Virus record (IMG/VR): IMGVR_UViG_3300046787_000438
Coordinates: 1-64,000 of that record
Strand: one strand, 5' to 3'
DNA length: 64,000 nt
Source of the DNA: a virus
In this document: positions 18,275-26,249 of the stretch, piece by piece
How the letters are laid out: each line of letters opens with the position of its first letter
Position numbering within the stretch: position 1 is the stretch's first letter
The notes under the pieces: generated by a model
Told to the model about the DNA's origin: nothing
The model's database searches: none
The model's input: the letters and a program-made list of their open reading frames with translations, nothing else
Program-made: the position numbers and the translations under genes

Positions 18275-19279
18275 ATGAAGGTATTAATAACTGGTATGGG
18301 GTCGCACCACTGTAAGCGCCCAGACAATGTGAGCTTTTTCACGCTCCTGGCCGACACAATCGCCGAGTTCGCTGATGTCACGTGGATGTCCCCTAGTACA
18401 TCTTGGACATTAGAAGATTTAGATAAGTACGACCAAATAGTCTTTGGATTTATGCCACCAACATCTCTAAGTGCCAATAAACTATACGGGGCACTTAATG
18501 TCTTAGGCTTGATGTTCGAGTCACCTAAGTTGAAACTTGTACTAGATAGTCCTCAGGTTTGGCAGTATAAAAATAGTATTAAGGCTGTAGTTCGTAACCC
18601 GCAGATCCTACTCGGTTCATACTACAGTAAGCGTGAAGGCTACACCTCTGCTACGTCCAATCAGGGAATTCTATCTAAAGTATCGGAATACCTATCAGGA
18701 GATAAGTGGCCAACTATTATCTACCCTAGCCTCCCTTGGAACTCGGATGCAAAAATAGCTTCGCTACTTGGATTTGTCTCAGAAAAAGACTTAATAGGTA
18801 TAAACCTAGACGCATCATTACTTGACATAGAGCCTATAAGAATCGGAAGATTAGACGTATGGGCAGTAGAAAGCCCTAAAAGCTCGTGGCTACAGGGGCT
18901 ATATAAGACATTAGTTTTTCCTCAGATGGCTACAAAAATAGGTAGAAAAACTGATGATGAGTATGCCTTATCGACTATACGCAACAGCGTCGGACTGATT
19001 CTCCCGCCTCAGGAGAGAAACTCTACCACTTGGTGGAATTACAGAGTAATCCAAGCCCTAAATACCTCCACCCCTATTGCCACTCATTGGCCTGATACTA
19101 AAGACTTCAGTGCCGCATGGGCAGTCTTGGCATATCAAATAGAGGACATGAGCCCAGCTGAGCGCCAGGCGTTGTCCGCAACTCAAAGGGATGTTTATTT
19201 TAGTAGTATTAGTAGTAAAGAAGAGTCACTACGTATGCTAGAGCGCCTACTCGCAGACTCTACTAAGGAGAGAATATAG
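18275..19279 (+). CDS. Putative GT-B glycosyltransferase (T4 beta-glucosyltransferase-like)
   Basis: N-terminal MKVLITGMG, DLDKYDQIV and C-terminal WNYRVIQAL resemble the BGT/GT-B layout; by-eye similarity only. Confidence 0.4.
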   Translation: MKVLITGMGSHHCKRPDNVSFFTLLADTIAEFADVTWMSPSTSWTLEDLDKYDQIVFGFMPPTSLSANKLYGALNVLGLMFESPKLKLVLDSPQVWQYKNSIKAVVRNPQILLGSYYSKREGYTSATSNQGILSKVSEYLSGDKWPTIIYPSLPWNSDAKIASLLGFVSEKDLIGINLDASLLDIEPIRIGRLDVWAVESPKSSWLQGLYKTLVFPQMATKIGRKTDDEYALSTIRNSVGLILPPQERNSTTWWNYRVIQALNTSTPIATHWPDTKDFSAAWAVLAYQIEDMSPAERQALSATQRDVYFSSISSKEESLRMLERLLADSTKERI

Positions 19280-19716
19280 TGCCAGAAATCAATAAAGACT
19301 GGGTATCCGAGCAGCTGTCAGCAGCAAAAGTAAAGGTTGGATCGGGTAAGGCGATTCTACGTCTACTAGAGACTTGGTCGGACCTGCCTAAGCTCAGTGA
19401 TGCAATGCTTGATGAAGTACTTACAGTGTTCCCTAAGCTTGCTAGAGGGTATACCCTCAAGGAAGAAGAGAACGAAGCAGACTATGAGTGGCGTCCGCTA
19501 CAGCCTGGTCAGATCAGTCTAAGCGATGTTGTCCGAGTTAAATCCGACGCATTTAGGGGTGACATCGGGCCAATGCACAACTCTAGGGTTGGCAAGGTTA
19601 TCGCAGTGCGATATGGTGATGTTATTATAAACTCTACTGACGGAAAGACTCCCGAGCTTAAGGGCGTCCACTACTCCCCATACAAGCTAGAGAAGCGCTA
19701 CAAGAAAGCCAACTAA
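19279..19716 (+). CDS. Hypothetical protein
   Basis: 145 aa, RBS AAGGAG, GTG start; C-terminal half looks SH3/KOW-like. Confidence 0.7.
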   Translation: MPEINKDWVSEQLSAAKVKVGSGKAILRLLETWSDLPKLSDAMLDEVLTVFPKLARGYTLKEEENEADYEWRPLQPGQISLSDVVRVKSDAFRGDIGPMHNSRVGKVIAVRYGDVIINSTDGKTPELKGVHYSPYKLEKRYKKAN

Positions 19717-19970
19717 TGCGTACTGGATTTGAACTGAAGATCGTTGCCGAAACCGTAACCGAAGCAAAGGCTATTGCACTGAGAGAGATCTCTAGATTTT
19801 TAGAGATACCTGAAGAATCCGTCGAGGACAGTGTGGCTATAGAACTAAAAGTTTCCTACCCTAAAGCAGAGACTATCTCTGAAATAGAGACTTTAGTTGA
19901 AGCTAGGATATTTCAGATCACTGCATACGGGTCGGTGAAACAGAGTGTCACAGGAGCCTTCGGCTTTTAG
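19716..19970 (+). CDS. Hypothetical protein
   Basis: 84-aa ORF translationally coupled to the upstream gene. Confidence 0.65.
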   Translation: MRTGFELKIVAETVTEAKAIALREISRFLEIPEESVEDSVAIELKVSYPKAETISEIETLVEARIFQITAYGSVKQSVTGAFGF

Positions 19971-20895
19971 TATATCCGAGTACCTAGTATCGCCCAATGA
20001 TAATGACCCTATAGTTGACCTGAGCTACTTAGCCGATCTCAGCGATGTAAATTTTAGGAAGTTCTTATCATTAGATAGATTTGCCACTAAAGATCAGCTC
20101 TACGATCAGGACTACGAGAGATACTATAAGTATGTGTATAGTGGGTGTTCTGAGACTATGGGGGAGTATCTATCTGATGCTCCCAAAGATTCCCCGTTTG
20201 ATTATGAAAAAACAAAAAAACTTATATGGGGCCAATTAGTAGGCGAGTATTTAGATACTCCTGATAACTTAAACCTAGGAATGGGAGGGGCAAGTATTTT
20301 GGGGATAACTACTGGATTAGTGCGACATATACGAGCCAATGGTGCTCCTGAACACTTACTACTGCTACTGCCTAATCCAGATACACGAATAACTCTTGTC
20401 CAGGACAGCCATACGTTAGTTTCTAGCAATAAATTTAATAGACTAATCTCTGATATAGGTGGCATAGGAGATCTAGAATCTAAATACTCCAAAAAACCTC
20501 ACGCGGCAGAGGACGTCCTTAGTAGACGATGGGCGACGTATTTAAACATACAAAGCCTCTTAACCATAGAAGAACTCTGTAAGGCTTTAAAAATAAACTT
20601 AGTATATTCTACTTGGAGCACAGTTCTGCATAGGCTACTAACTGCGGGGAATCTTCTGGCTCAGCGGGGAGGTGATCCGATTCCTTTTGCTAACTATATA
20701 GTCTCTGACTATCAAAAATCTGGGGGTAAGGGCGGGTGCATACACGCTGCGGATAATATGAAGAAAGACTGCCACTACAATGATAAAAATATATCAGTAT
20801 GGGATATAGGTAGAGGTGGAGACCACATGGGGGCCCATGCTCATATACATATGGCGGAATTATTTATTGAAGAGCTAGCTAACCGTGGCCTATAG
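19945..20895 (+). CDS. SGNH-hydrolase-like protein
   Basis: GCSETMG, NLGMGGAS and GDHMG..AH match the SGNH block I/II/V pattern; start uncertain. Confidence 0.55.
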   Translation: MSQEPSAFSISEYLVSPNDNDPIVDLSYLADLSDVNFRKFLSLDRFATKDQLYDQDYERYYKYVYSGCSETMGEYLSDAPKDSPFDYEKTKKLIWGQLVGEYLDTPDNLNLGMGGASILGITTGLVRHIRANGAPEHLLLLLPNPDTRITLVQDSHTLVSSNKFNRLISDIGGIGDLESKYSKKPHAAEDVLSRRWATYLNIQSLLTIEELCKALKINLVYSTWSTVLHRLLTAGNLLAQRGGDPIPFANYIVSDYQKSGGKGGCIHAADNMKKDCHYNDKNISVWDIGRGGDHMGAHAHIHMAELFIEELANRGL

Positions 20896-20946
20896 ATAAT
20901 TTGTAATTCACGGTGTCTCCTGTATTTAGCTAGATAAATTTATACC

Positions 20947-21285
20947 ATGCAACGTAAAAAGCAATTCATTGCTCCCACATGGCTTATGTGGGAAGGCGGT
21001 GAGTTTCCCAGGAAGCTACACTCTGACTCTGTAATCTTATTTATTAGTGAGCATCTATATCTAGATACCGATGAGGTGGCTAAGAAGTCGCTAGCTAGAC
21101 AGCTACAGCGTGAAGGGCTGGTGGAGTCTCTGGGTGAAGCCTATACGATGATCAATTCTGGCATAGAGACCAGAGCTGGCTACTACTATGAGGATGGCGA
21201 TGAGCTATTCCCCGTCTACGCTGAGTATGATGACATAGAGCTAGAATATGATGCAACATTCGTAGAGGTACCATATGTTATTTGA
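20947..21285 (+). CDS. Hypothetical protein
   Basis: 112-aa ORF. Confidence 0.65.
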   Translation: MQRKKQFIAPTWLMWEGGEFPRKLHSDSVILFISEHLYLDTDEVAKKSLARQLQREGLVESLGEAYTMINSGIETRAGYYYEDGDELFPVYAEYDDIELEYDATFVEVPYVI

Positions 21286-21733
21286 CTCCCCTGACTGGCA
21301 TGAAGATGCAGAGTGCTCGAAACTAGAGAATGCCGATAAGGTAGACAGTTTCTTCGCAAATAAGCCCTCCCAGCAGTGGGAGGCAAAAAAGATGTGCGGA
21401 CAATGTCCTGTACGTCGCGATTGCGCTAAGTGGGCGCTGGATAATAAACAAATATGGGGAATATGGGGCGGACTAGATTCGGGAGAGATTAGAAACACTT
21501 TGTCAGTCAATTGGGACGGGCAAGAGATGCGCTACAAGAGATTCCCTCTTTGCCCTGGATGTAGGGCAAAAACTAAGTATTTAGAAACAGCTACCGTAGA
21601 TAGACCTGATGGCGGCCGCTGGGCTACAATGCGAATCGTTCACTGCACTAGCTGTGATTTTATTTGGCAGAGTCGCACTAGTGCAAATGCAGTTGACACC
21701 TACCATGCTCAGAATGAGAAAAAAGATATCTAA
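21275..21733 (+). CDS. whiB: WhiB-family Fe-S transcription factor with a C-terminal Zn-ribbon
   Basis: C...CxxC-x5-C and GIWGG; extra CPGC...CTSC. Confidence 0.9.
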   Translation: MLFDSPDWHEDAECSKLENADKVDSFFANKPSQQWEAKKMCGQCPVRRDCAKWALDNKQIWGIWGGLDSGEIRNTLSVNWDGQEMRYKRFPLCPGCRAKTKYLETATVDRPDGGRWATMRIVHCTSCDFIWQSRTSANAVDTYHAQNEKKDI

Positions 21734-22479
21734 TGTCTTTAGCGGATATTACTGCTAAATCAGCGGTCCATCAGATATTGCTCTCTAAAGGTGAAATAGA
21801 TAGAGTGCCTGTAGCTAAAATAGAGGATATAAAGAGTGCTATGCCTGGGACACACACCCTGTGGCTGGAGCCCGATATTAAAGAATTATTGTCCAACAAC
21901 TTTGGCCCCGAAGTCCTAGCTGCATTCGAAAAAATAAAACCATTGGCATATAAGGCTGATTTGGCTAGGTATTGCATACTATATGCGCTTGGCGGATGGT
22001 ATTTTGATCTAACTACTCAAATTCTAGATCCATCTCTTTTATCCAGATATAGTGAAGATTTCCAAGTAATTATATTTAGGGACGTGCCGTCTAGTGGTGA
22101 TATAGCTGCCGTAGGTAACACCGTTATGTGGTTTAAGCATTCAGGGCATAAAATCCTGATGGAGGCTATAAATAGTACCACTAAAAATATTATGAGTGAG
22201 AATTACTCACATCATCAGCATGGGATAACTGGTCCTATAGTATTAGGTCGAGCTGTGGCGGAGCATCAAAAGATTCACTCTGCTTCTAATATCCTCGTTG
22301 GCGATACAATAATGTTGGAAAATCACCCAACACATATATTTAATGATCCGCTAGAACCTAACTTTCTAGCATTCTCTAGACGTAGGGCTATGCATGAAAA
22401 CCTATCAGCTATAATGCCAACTGGCTACGAAGCAACATCTAACTATTGGAAGATGTATAACGATAGAGAAGTGTACTAG
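21733..22479 (+). CDS. Glycosyltransferase, GT32/Och1-like
   Basis: KADLARYCILYALGGWYFD and TGP..LG motifs. Confidence 0.85.
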   Translation: MSLADITAKSAVHQILLSKGEIDRVPVAKIEDIKSAMPGTHTLWLEPDIKELLSNNFGPEVLAAFEKIKPLAYKADLARYCILYALGGWYFDLTTQILDPSLLSRYSEDFQVIIFRDVPSSGDIAAVGNTVMWFKHSGHKILMEAINSTTKNIMSENYSHHQHGITGPIVLGRAVAEHQKIHSASNILVGDTIMLENHPTHIFNDPLEPNFLAFSRRRAMHENLSAIMPTGYEATSNYWKMYNDREVY

Positions 22480-22480
22480 A

Positions 22481-23536
22481 TTAGCTAGTATAGAATTTTA
22501 TATTTTCTTGTAACCTATGGTTATCAGGATCTAAGCCAAGAGCTGTAGTCCCATAGATAGCAGCTTCGTCTTTTTCTCCTAGCCAGTAGGAAGATATTGC
22601 GGCAAGATCCCACGGTAAGTACCCCCAAGCAAAGTCCTCGCAAAGGAAGTCCAAGGGCTTCTCGTCTATTTCCAATGCCTTGCGTGCAAAGTGTAGGCAC
22701 GATGCCCATGACTCCAACTGATAGAAATGCTGAGCAAGCTCGACCAGAGGCTCTCTCCGCCCTGGGGCTTGCATATAAGCCTTCATCAACCAATCTTCAC
22801 GGTTATCTAGATCTATCTTTGCTAAATATCTCATGGACGCTGCACGCTCTGGTGCCCACGTGGCTGTGGGGAGCTCTAGGTGACGCTTAAACTCTTTAGC
22901 AGCTTCATCATATTGTCTATAGAAGAACAGCTCCCTGGCATAGTAGTACGCGTTCCTATCGTCATACGGATCTTCGAGCGTGGACTGCTTGAGCAATGGC
23001 AGGTATTGAGAACGTGATTTAGTGTTATCTGGATGGTGATGAAGATTGAGCTGAGTCCAAACTTGCTTTTCCTGTGTATCTCCATACGGAACTATGACTT
23101 CGTGTACTGGATGCTTCCATCTATATCCGCGTCTAGCATGAATCTTGTCGCCTCCAAAAATCGTAGCTGGAATTGTTTGAGCGTCATCTTTCCAATTCCA
23201 GGTGTAGTTGTATCGAATCCTAGTTGCACCTAGTGCGAAGGCTTTTTCCACCTCTTCACGCCAGCCAGGGAGTAGGATCTCATCCATATCCAGCTGGATG
23301 CATATGTCCGTATCTATCGGAAGTGCGGCTAGGGATGCATTACGCGCATCGTCAAAGCGCCACGGTTTTATGGATATGTTTATAACACATATACCAAGCT
23401 CTTCTGCAATGGCCACTGTACGGTCTGTACTCCCTGTATCTGCTATCAGTAAGTAGTCAGCATCCGTAGCGCTTTGGTGCCAGCGCTCTACAAATTGCTC
23501 TTCATTTAGGGCAATTGTGTAAACTGCAATTTTCAT
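22481..23536 (-). CDS. GT2 glycosyltransferase with C-terminal TPR repeats
   Basis: IALNEE, ADTGSTD, FDDARN, LDMDE, VHE motifs; TPR-like helices. Confidence 0.9.
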   Translation of the reverse strand: MKIAVYTIALNEEQFVERWHQSATDADYLLIADTGSTDRTVAIAEELGICVINISIKPWRFDDARNASLAALPIDTDICIQLDMDEILLPGWREEVEKAFALGATRIRYNYTWNWKDDAQTIPATIFGGDKIHARRGYRWKHPVHEVIVPYGDTQEKQVWTQLNLHHHPDNTKSRSQYLPLLKQSTLEDPYDDRNAYYYARELFFYRQYDEAAKEFKRHLELPTATWAPERAASMRYLAKIDLDNREDWLMKAYMQAPGRREPLVELAQHFYQLESWASCLHFARKALEIDEKPLDFLCEDFAWGYLPWDLAAISSYWLGEKDEAAIYGTTALGLDPDNHRLQENIKFYTS

Positions 23537-23537
23537 A

Positions 23538-23744
23538 TTATTTCTTTTTTGATAGCTTAGAGGCTCTAGCCCAGAGTCTTTCGTGAATGTAGTAACCTAA
23601 GGATTCAATAGCAATATATAGAATTGCTCCTGCACCAGCGTACTCCCACTCTCCAGTGAAAATATATAAAATTCCAGCTAAGACAATGAAGTGCCAAATC
23701 TCCCAGCTGACTGTCTTGGTTATACTTTTTTTAGTTGATTCCAT
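23538..23744 (-). CDS. DUF2061-like small membrane protein
   Basis: KSITKTVSW ... YYIHERLW. Confidence 0.75.
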   Translation of the reverse strand: MESTKKSITKTVSWEIWHFIVLAGILYIFTGEWEYAGAGAILYIAIESLGYYIHERLWARASKLSKKK

Positions 23745-23745
23745 G

Positions 23746-24951
23746 TTATACCTTCTTAACTGCTAGCACACTTAAGTGCTCGCGAGCATCGTAATCGCCA
23801 CCGAATACCATGGTCAACAGTCCAGCACGCGACTGAGCACCAGCACGGTCACGATACCAGTCTGAGCCTGGGTCTGTTGTCGGGCACTGGCACCACAGGC
23901 GGTCACCGATGTCCATAGAACGGAAGTTGTGGAAGTGCCCAGAGATCCAAATATCGGCTCCGCCAAGTGCGGTCTGACCAAGGGTCTGACCAGCTAAATA
24001 TTTTTCGATTGTGTTCTGGTTAGCTTGGTGGCCATGGAACATACCGAGATGTACACCGCAAATCTCAGTTACAAGGGTTTGGTGACCTGACCCTGGGTAG
24101 CGGAACTCTACATGGCTTAGCGCTGGATTCTCTGCGCAGGCGTCCTGTACAGCGGACGCGATCTCCACGTTCCACCCATCGGCTGGATCGGTGGCGACAT
24201 AACGGCCTGGCTCATCATGATTTCCATTGATTACTGGGACGATCATTCGTTCAGCTAACGGAGCGTGCGCCTTAATTTGAGCCATCAAGATACGTCGAGC
24301 CACTCTAACCTGCTCTGTCATACCTAAATCAGATGCTGCAAGTCCTTGTAAGCGCCCACCCTGGGAAGTAGTGCCTTCTACGTGATCACCTGGTAGACCT
24401 AATGTTATAGTTCCAAGGTTTAAGCCAATTTTCTGATAATCTTTAAAACGTTGTACAGATACTTCAGTCAGATTTAGAAGTCTATCAATGGTCTGCTGCG
24501 TACCACCGCTAGCAGCCTTTTTACCGATCTGCTGGTCAGCAGGGAATAGTCCGTAAGATCCTGTACCAGTAGCTACTTTAATTCCTTTTACGGGACGCCA
24601 TTTCTTAATCTCATCGATAAGTTTTTCGGCATCTAAATGATCCTCCGCAGATAGTTTGGATGGTACCACATTCACACGTTGTGACTCTAAATACTCGCCG
24701 TCATATTTCTGCCACTTACCTAGTCGAACTGAGGTTACTGTCCATGACTCTGGATCTAAGCCAAAGTCTTCTAATACCTGGCGAGCATCCGAGGACTGCC
24801 CAGCGGGGCGTGCCTCAGAAATAAGGAACCCCCCCGTGATGCTGTCGATGTCCATACGAGGACGCCAACTTTCGGGGGTATTGAGTGATTTAAAATCTGA
24901 TCCGCTATGTCCAGGCATGCGAAGTTTTTCTAGTTTTTCTGACAGGCTCAT
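23746..24951 (-). CDS. Calcineurin-like metallophosphoesterase/nuclease
   Basis: DQQIG, GDHVEG, GNHD, FHGH, GHFH motifs. Confidence 0.85.
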   Translation of the reverse strand: MSLSEKLEKLRMPGHSGSDFKSLNTPESWRPRMDIDSITGGFLISEARPAGQSSDARQVLEDFGLDPESWTVTSVRLGKWQKYDGEYLESQRVNVVPSKLSAEDHLDAEKLIDEIKKWRPVKGIKVATGTGSYGLFPADQQIGKKAASGGTQQTIDRLLNLTEVSVQRFKDYQKIGLNLGTITLGLPGDHVEGTTSQGGRLQGLAASDLGMTEQVRVARRILMAQIKAHAPLAERMIVPVINGNHDEPGRYVATDPADGWNVEIASAVQDACAENPALSHVEFRYPGSGHQTLVTEICGVHLGMFHGHQANQNTIEKYLAGQTLGQTALGGADIWISGHFHNFRSMDIGDRLWCQCPTTDPGSDWYRDRAGAQSRAGLLTMVFGGDYDAREHLSVLAVKKV

Positions 24952-24959
24952 AGTTCTCC

Positions 24960-25226
24960 CTAAATTAGCCTAGTGCACGAGCAGGTTCTACGACGGTGTC
25001 TATCTACGGCACTCGCGCTAACGTCAAAACCTTCTTCTCTAAGCGCCTGAGAAAGTCGGCTATTCGGCACGTGATTCTCATCGCCAGGGTTAGAATTTAT
25101 AATTTTGATAAGCGCGTCTACGTCATCTTTGGATAACTTGGGATTCAAGGTGACTTGCATCAATTTGCAAATAAAAGTTTTTTGGTATACGCTATTAGCC
25201 TGCATGAGGCGTTCTGCTAAAGCCAT
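24960..25226 (-). CDS. Small putative DNA-binding protein
   Basis: 88 aa; HTH-like LSQALREEG..VSASAVDRHRR..CSC; RBS AAGGAG. Confidence 0.65.
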   Translation of the reverse strand: MALAERLMQANSVYQKTFICKLMQVTLNPKLSKDDVDALIKIINSNPGDENHVPNSRLSQALREEGFDVSASAVDRHRRRTCSCTRLI

Positions 25227-25278
25227 AGTTCTCTCCTTAAACCAAAGGTTGAGACTATACTACTACATAAACCCTACA

Positions 25279-25395
25279 TTACTCTGATTTAGGTAAAATA
25301 TTTTTCTTGTGATTCTCTTCACAAATTCTGGCTAGGGACCTAACTACAAACCACTTAGAACATACTGAGCATGTGTAATCTTTATCATTAGCCAC
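25279..25395 (-). CDS. 38-aa zinc-finger microprotein (not in the ORF track)
   Basis: GTG start after GAAGG; MANDKDYTCSVCSKWFVVRSLARICEENHKKNILPKSE = C-x2-C-x12-C-x3-H. Confidence 0.65.
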   Translation of the reverse strand: MANDKDYTCSVCSKWFVVRSLARICEENHKKNILPKSE

Positions 25396-25442
25396 TATTT
25401 AATTACCTTCGAGTCTAGGGATACCTAGTACTATTTTCTCAC

Positions 25443-26228
25443 CTATTCGGGGGTGGCTGTTTCCTGGTCCCTTGCTGCTTCTGCTTGTAATTCTCTAATC
25501 TTTGATAGTTCGATCATCTTAGGGAATTGTCCTGCAAAATTGTAATCTCCAGAGTGAGTGATACGGACCCAGGGGGCTGACCACACCTCTCCGCCAATAG
25601 CTTGCCACATGCGGCAGAGAGCATAGTCCTCGGATAGGAGAATACCTTTCTCGTCAATAGTTGTGGTGAAATACTCGGTTATCTCTTCACCAAACTCGAT
25701 TCCCGTATTGCCAACATTGTTATTGATATATTTTTTGCATGTTGGCTTAAGCTGATCGAAGACCTTGCGGGTAATGAACATCATGCCAGTTCCAATATCT
25801 TTCACCTTAAAAGGCTCTTGATCATTGAATACCTGAGACTCGTCGAGTAGGTTGATGGCAAAGTACCCCGAGTATTCTTCGAGATTTTCCTTACCTAGTA
25901 GGGCAGCCATTCTGATATTTTCCCAGTTAAGCCCCTTCATCGGGTATATTGCCCCAATTAAATCTTTTTCTGACTCGACCATTCTGATTATGTCATCCGA
26001 GTCCCAGCCGTGATCAGCGTCAATGAATAGAAGCGCATCTAAATCACTTTTCATAAACTTGTGAGCTAGCGTATTTCTAGCTCTGGTAATTAGGCTTTCA
26101 TTACCTATAGTAGTTGTCTGAACTGAGTGCCCTCGCTGCGATAGCTTTACAATCAGATTCTGAAGGGAAATAGTGTATTGGTTCTTGGCAATTCCGCCAT
26201 ACATCGGGGTAGCTATAAAAATTTTCAT
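25443..26228 (-). CDS. GT-A fold glycosyltransferase-like protein
   Basis: IATPMYGG, SLITRARN, FIDAD (DxD), GTGMMFI, LSEDY. Confidence 0.75.
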   Translation of the reverse strand: MKIFIATPMYGGIAKNQYTISLQNLIVKLSQRGHSVQTTTIGNESLITRARNTLAHKFMKSDLDALLFIDADHGWDSDDIIRMVESEKDLIGAIYPMKGLNWENIRMAALLGKENLEEYSGYFAINLLDESQVFNDQEPFKVKDIGTGMMFITRKVFDQLKPTCKKYINNNVGNTGIEFGEEITEYFTTTIDEKGILLSEDYALCRMWQAIGGEVWSAPWVRITHSGDYNFAGQFPKMIELSKIRELQAEAARDQETATPE

Positions 26229-26249
26229 ATTATTTATATCCTATCTCAC

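Noticed and set aside
25292-25300. GGTAAAATA on the + strand
   Set aside because: Lies inside the - strand zinc-finger ORF with no + gene downstream; probably chance
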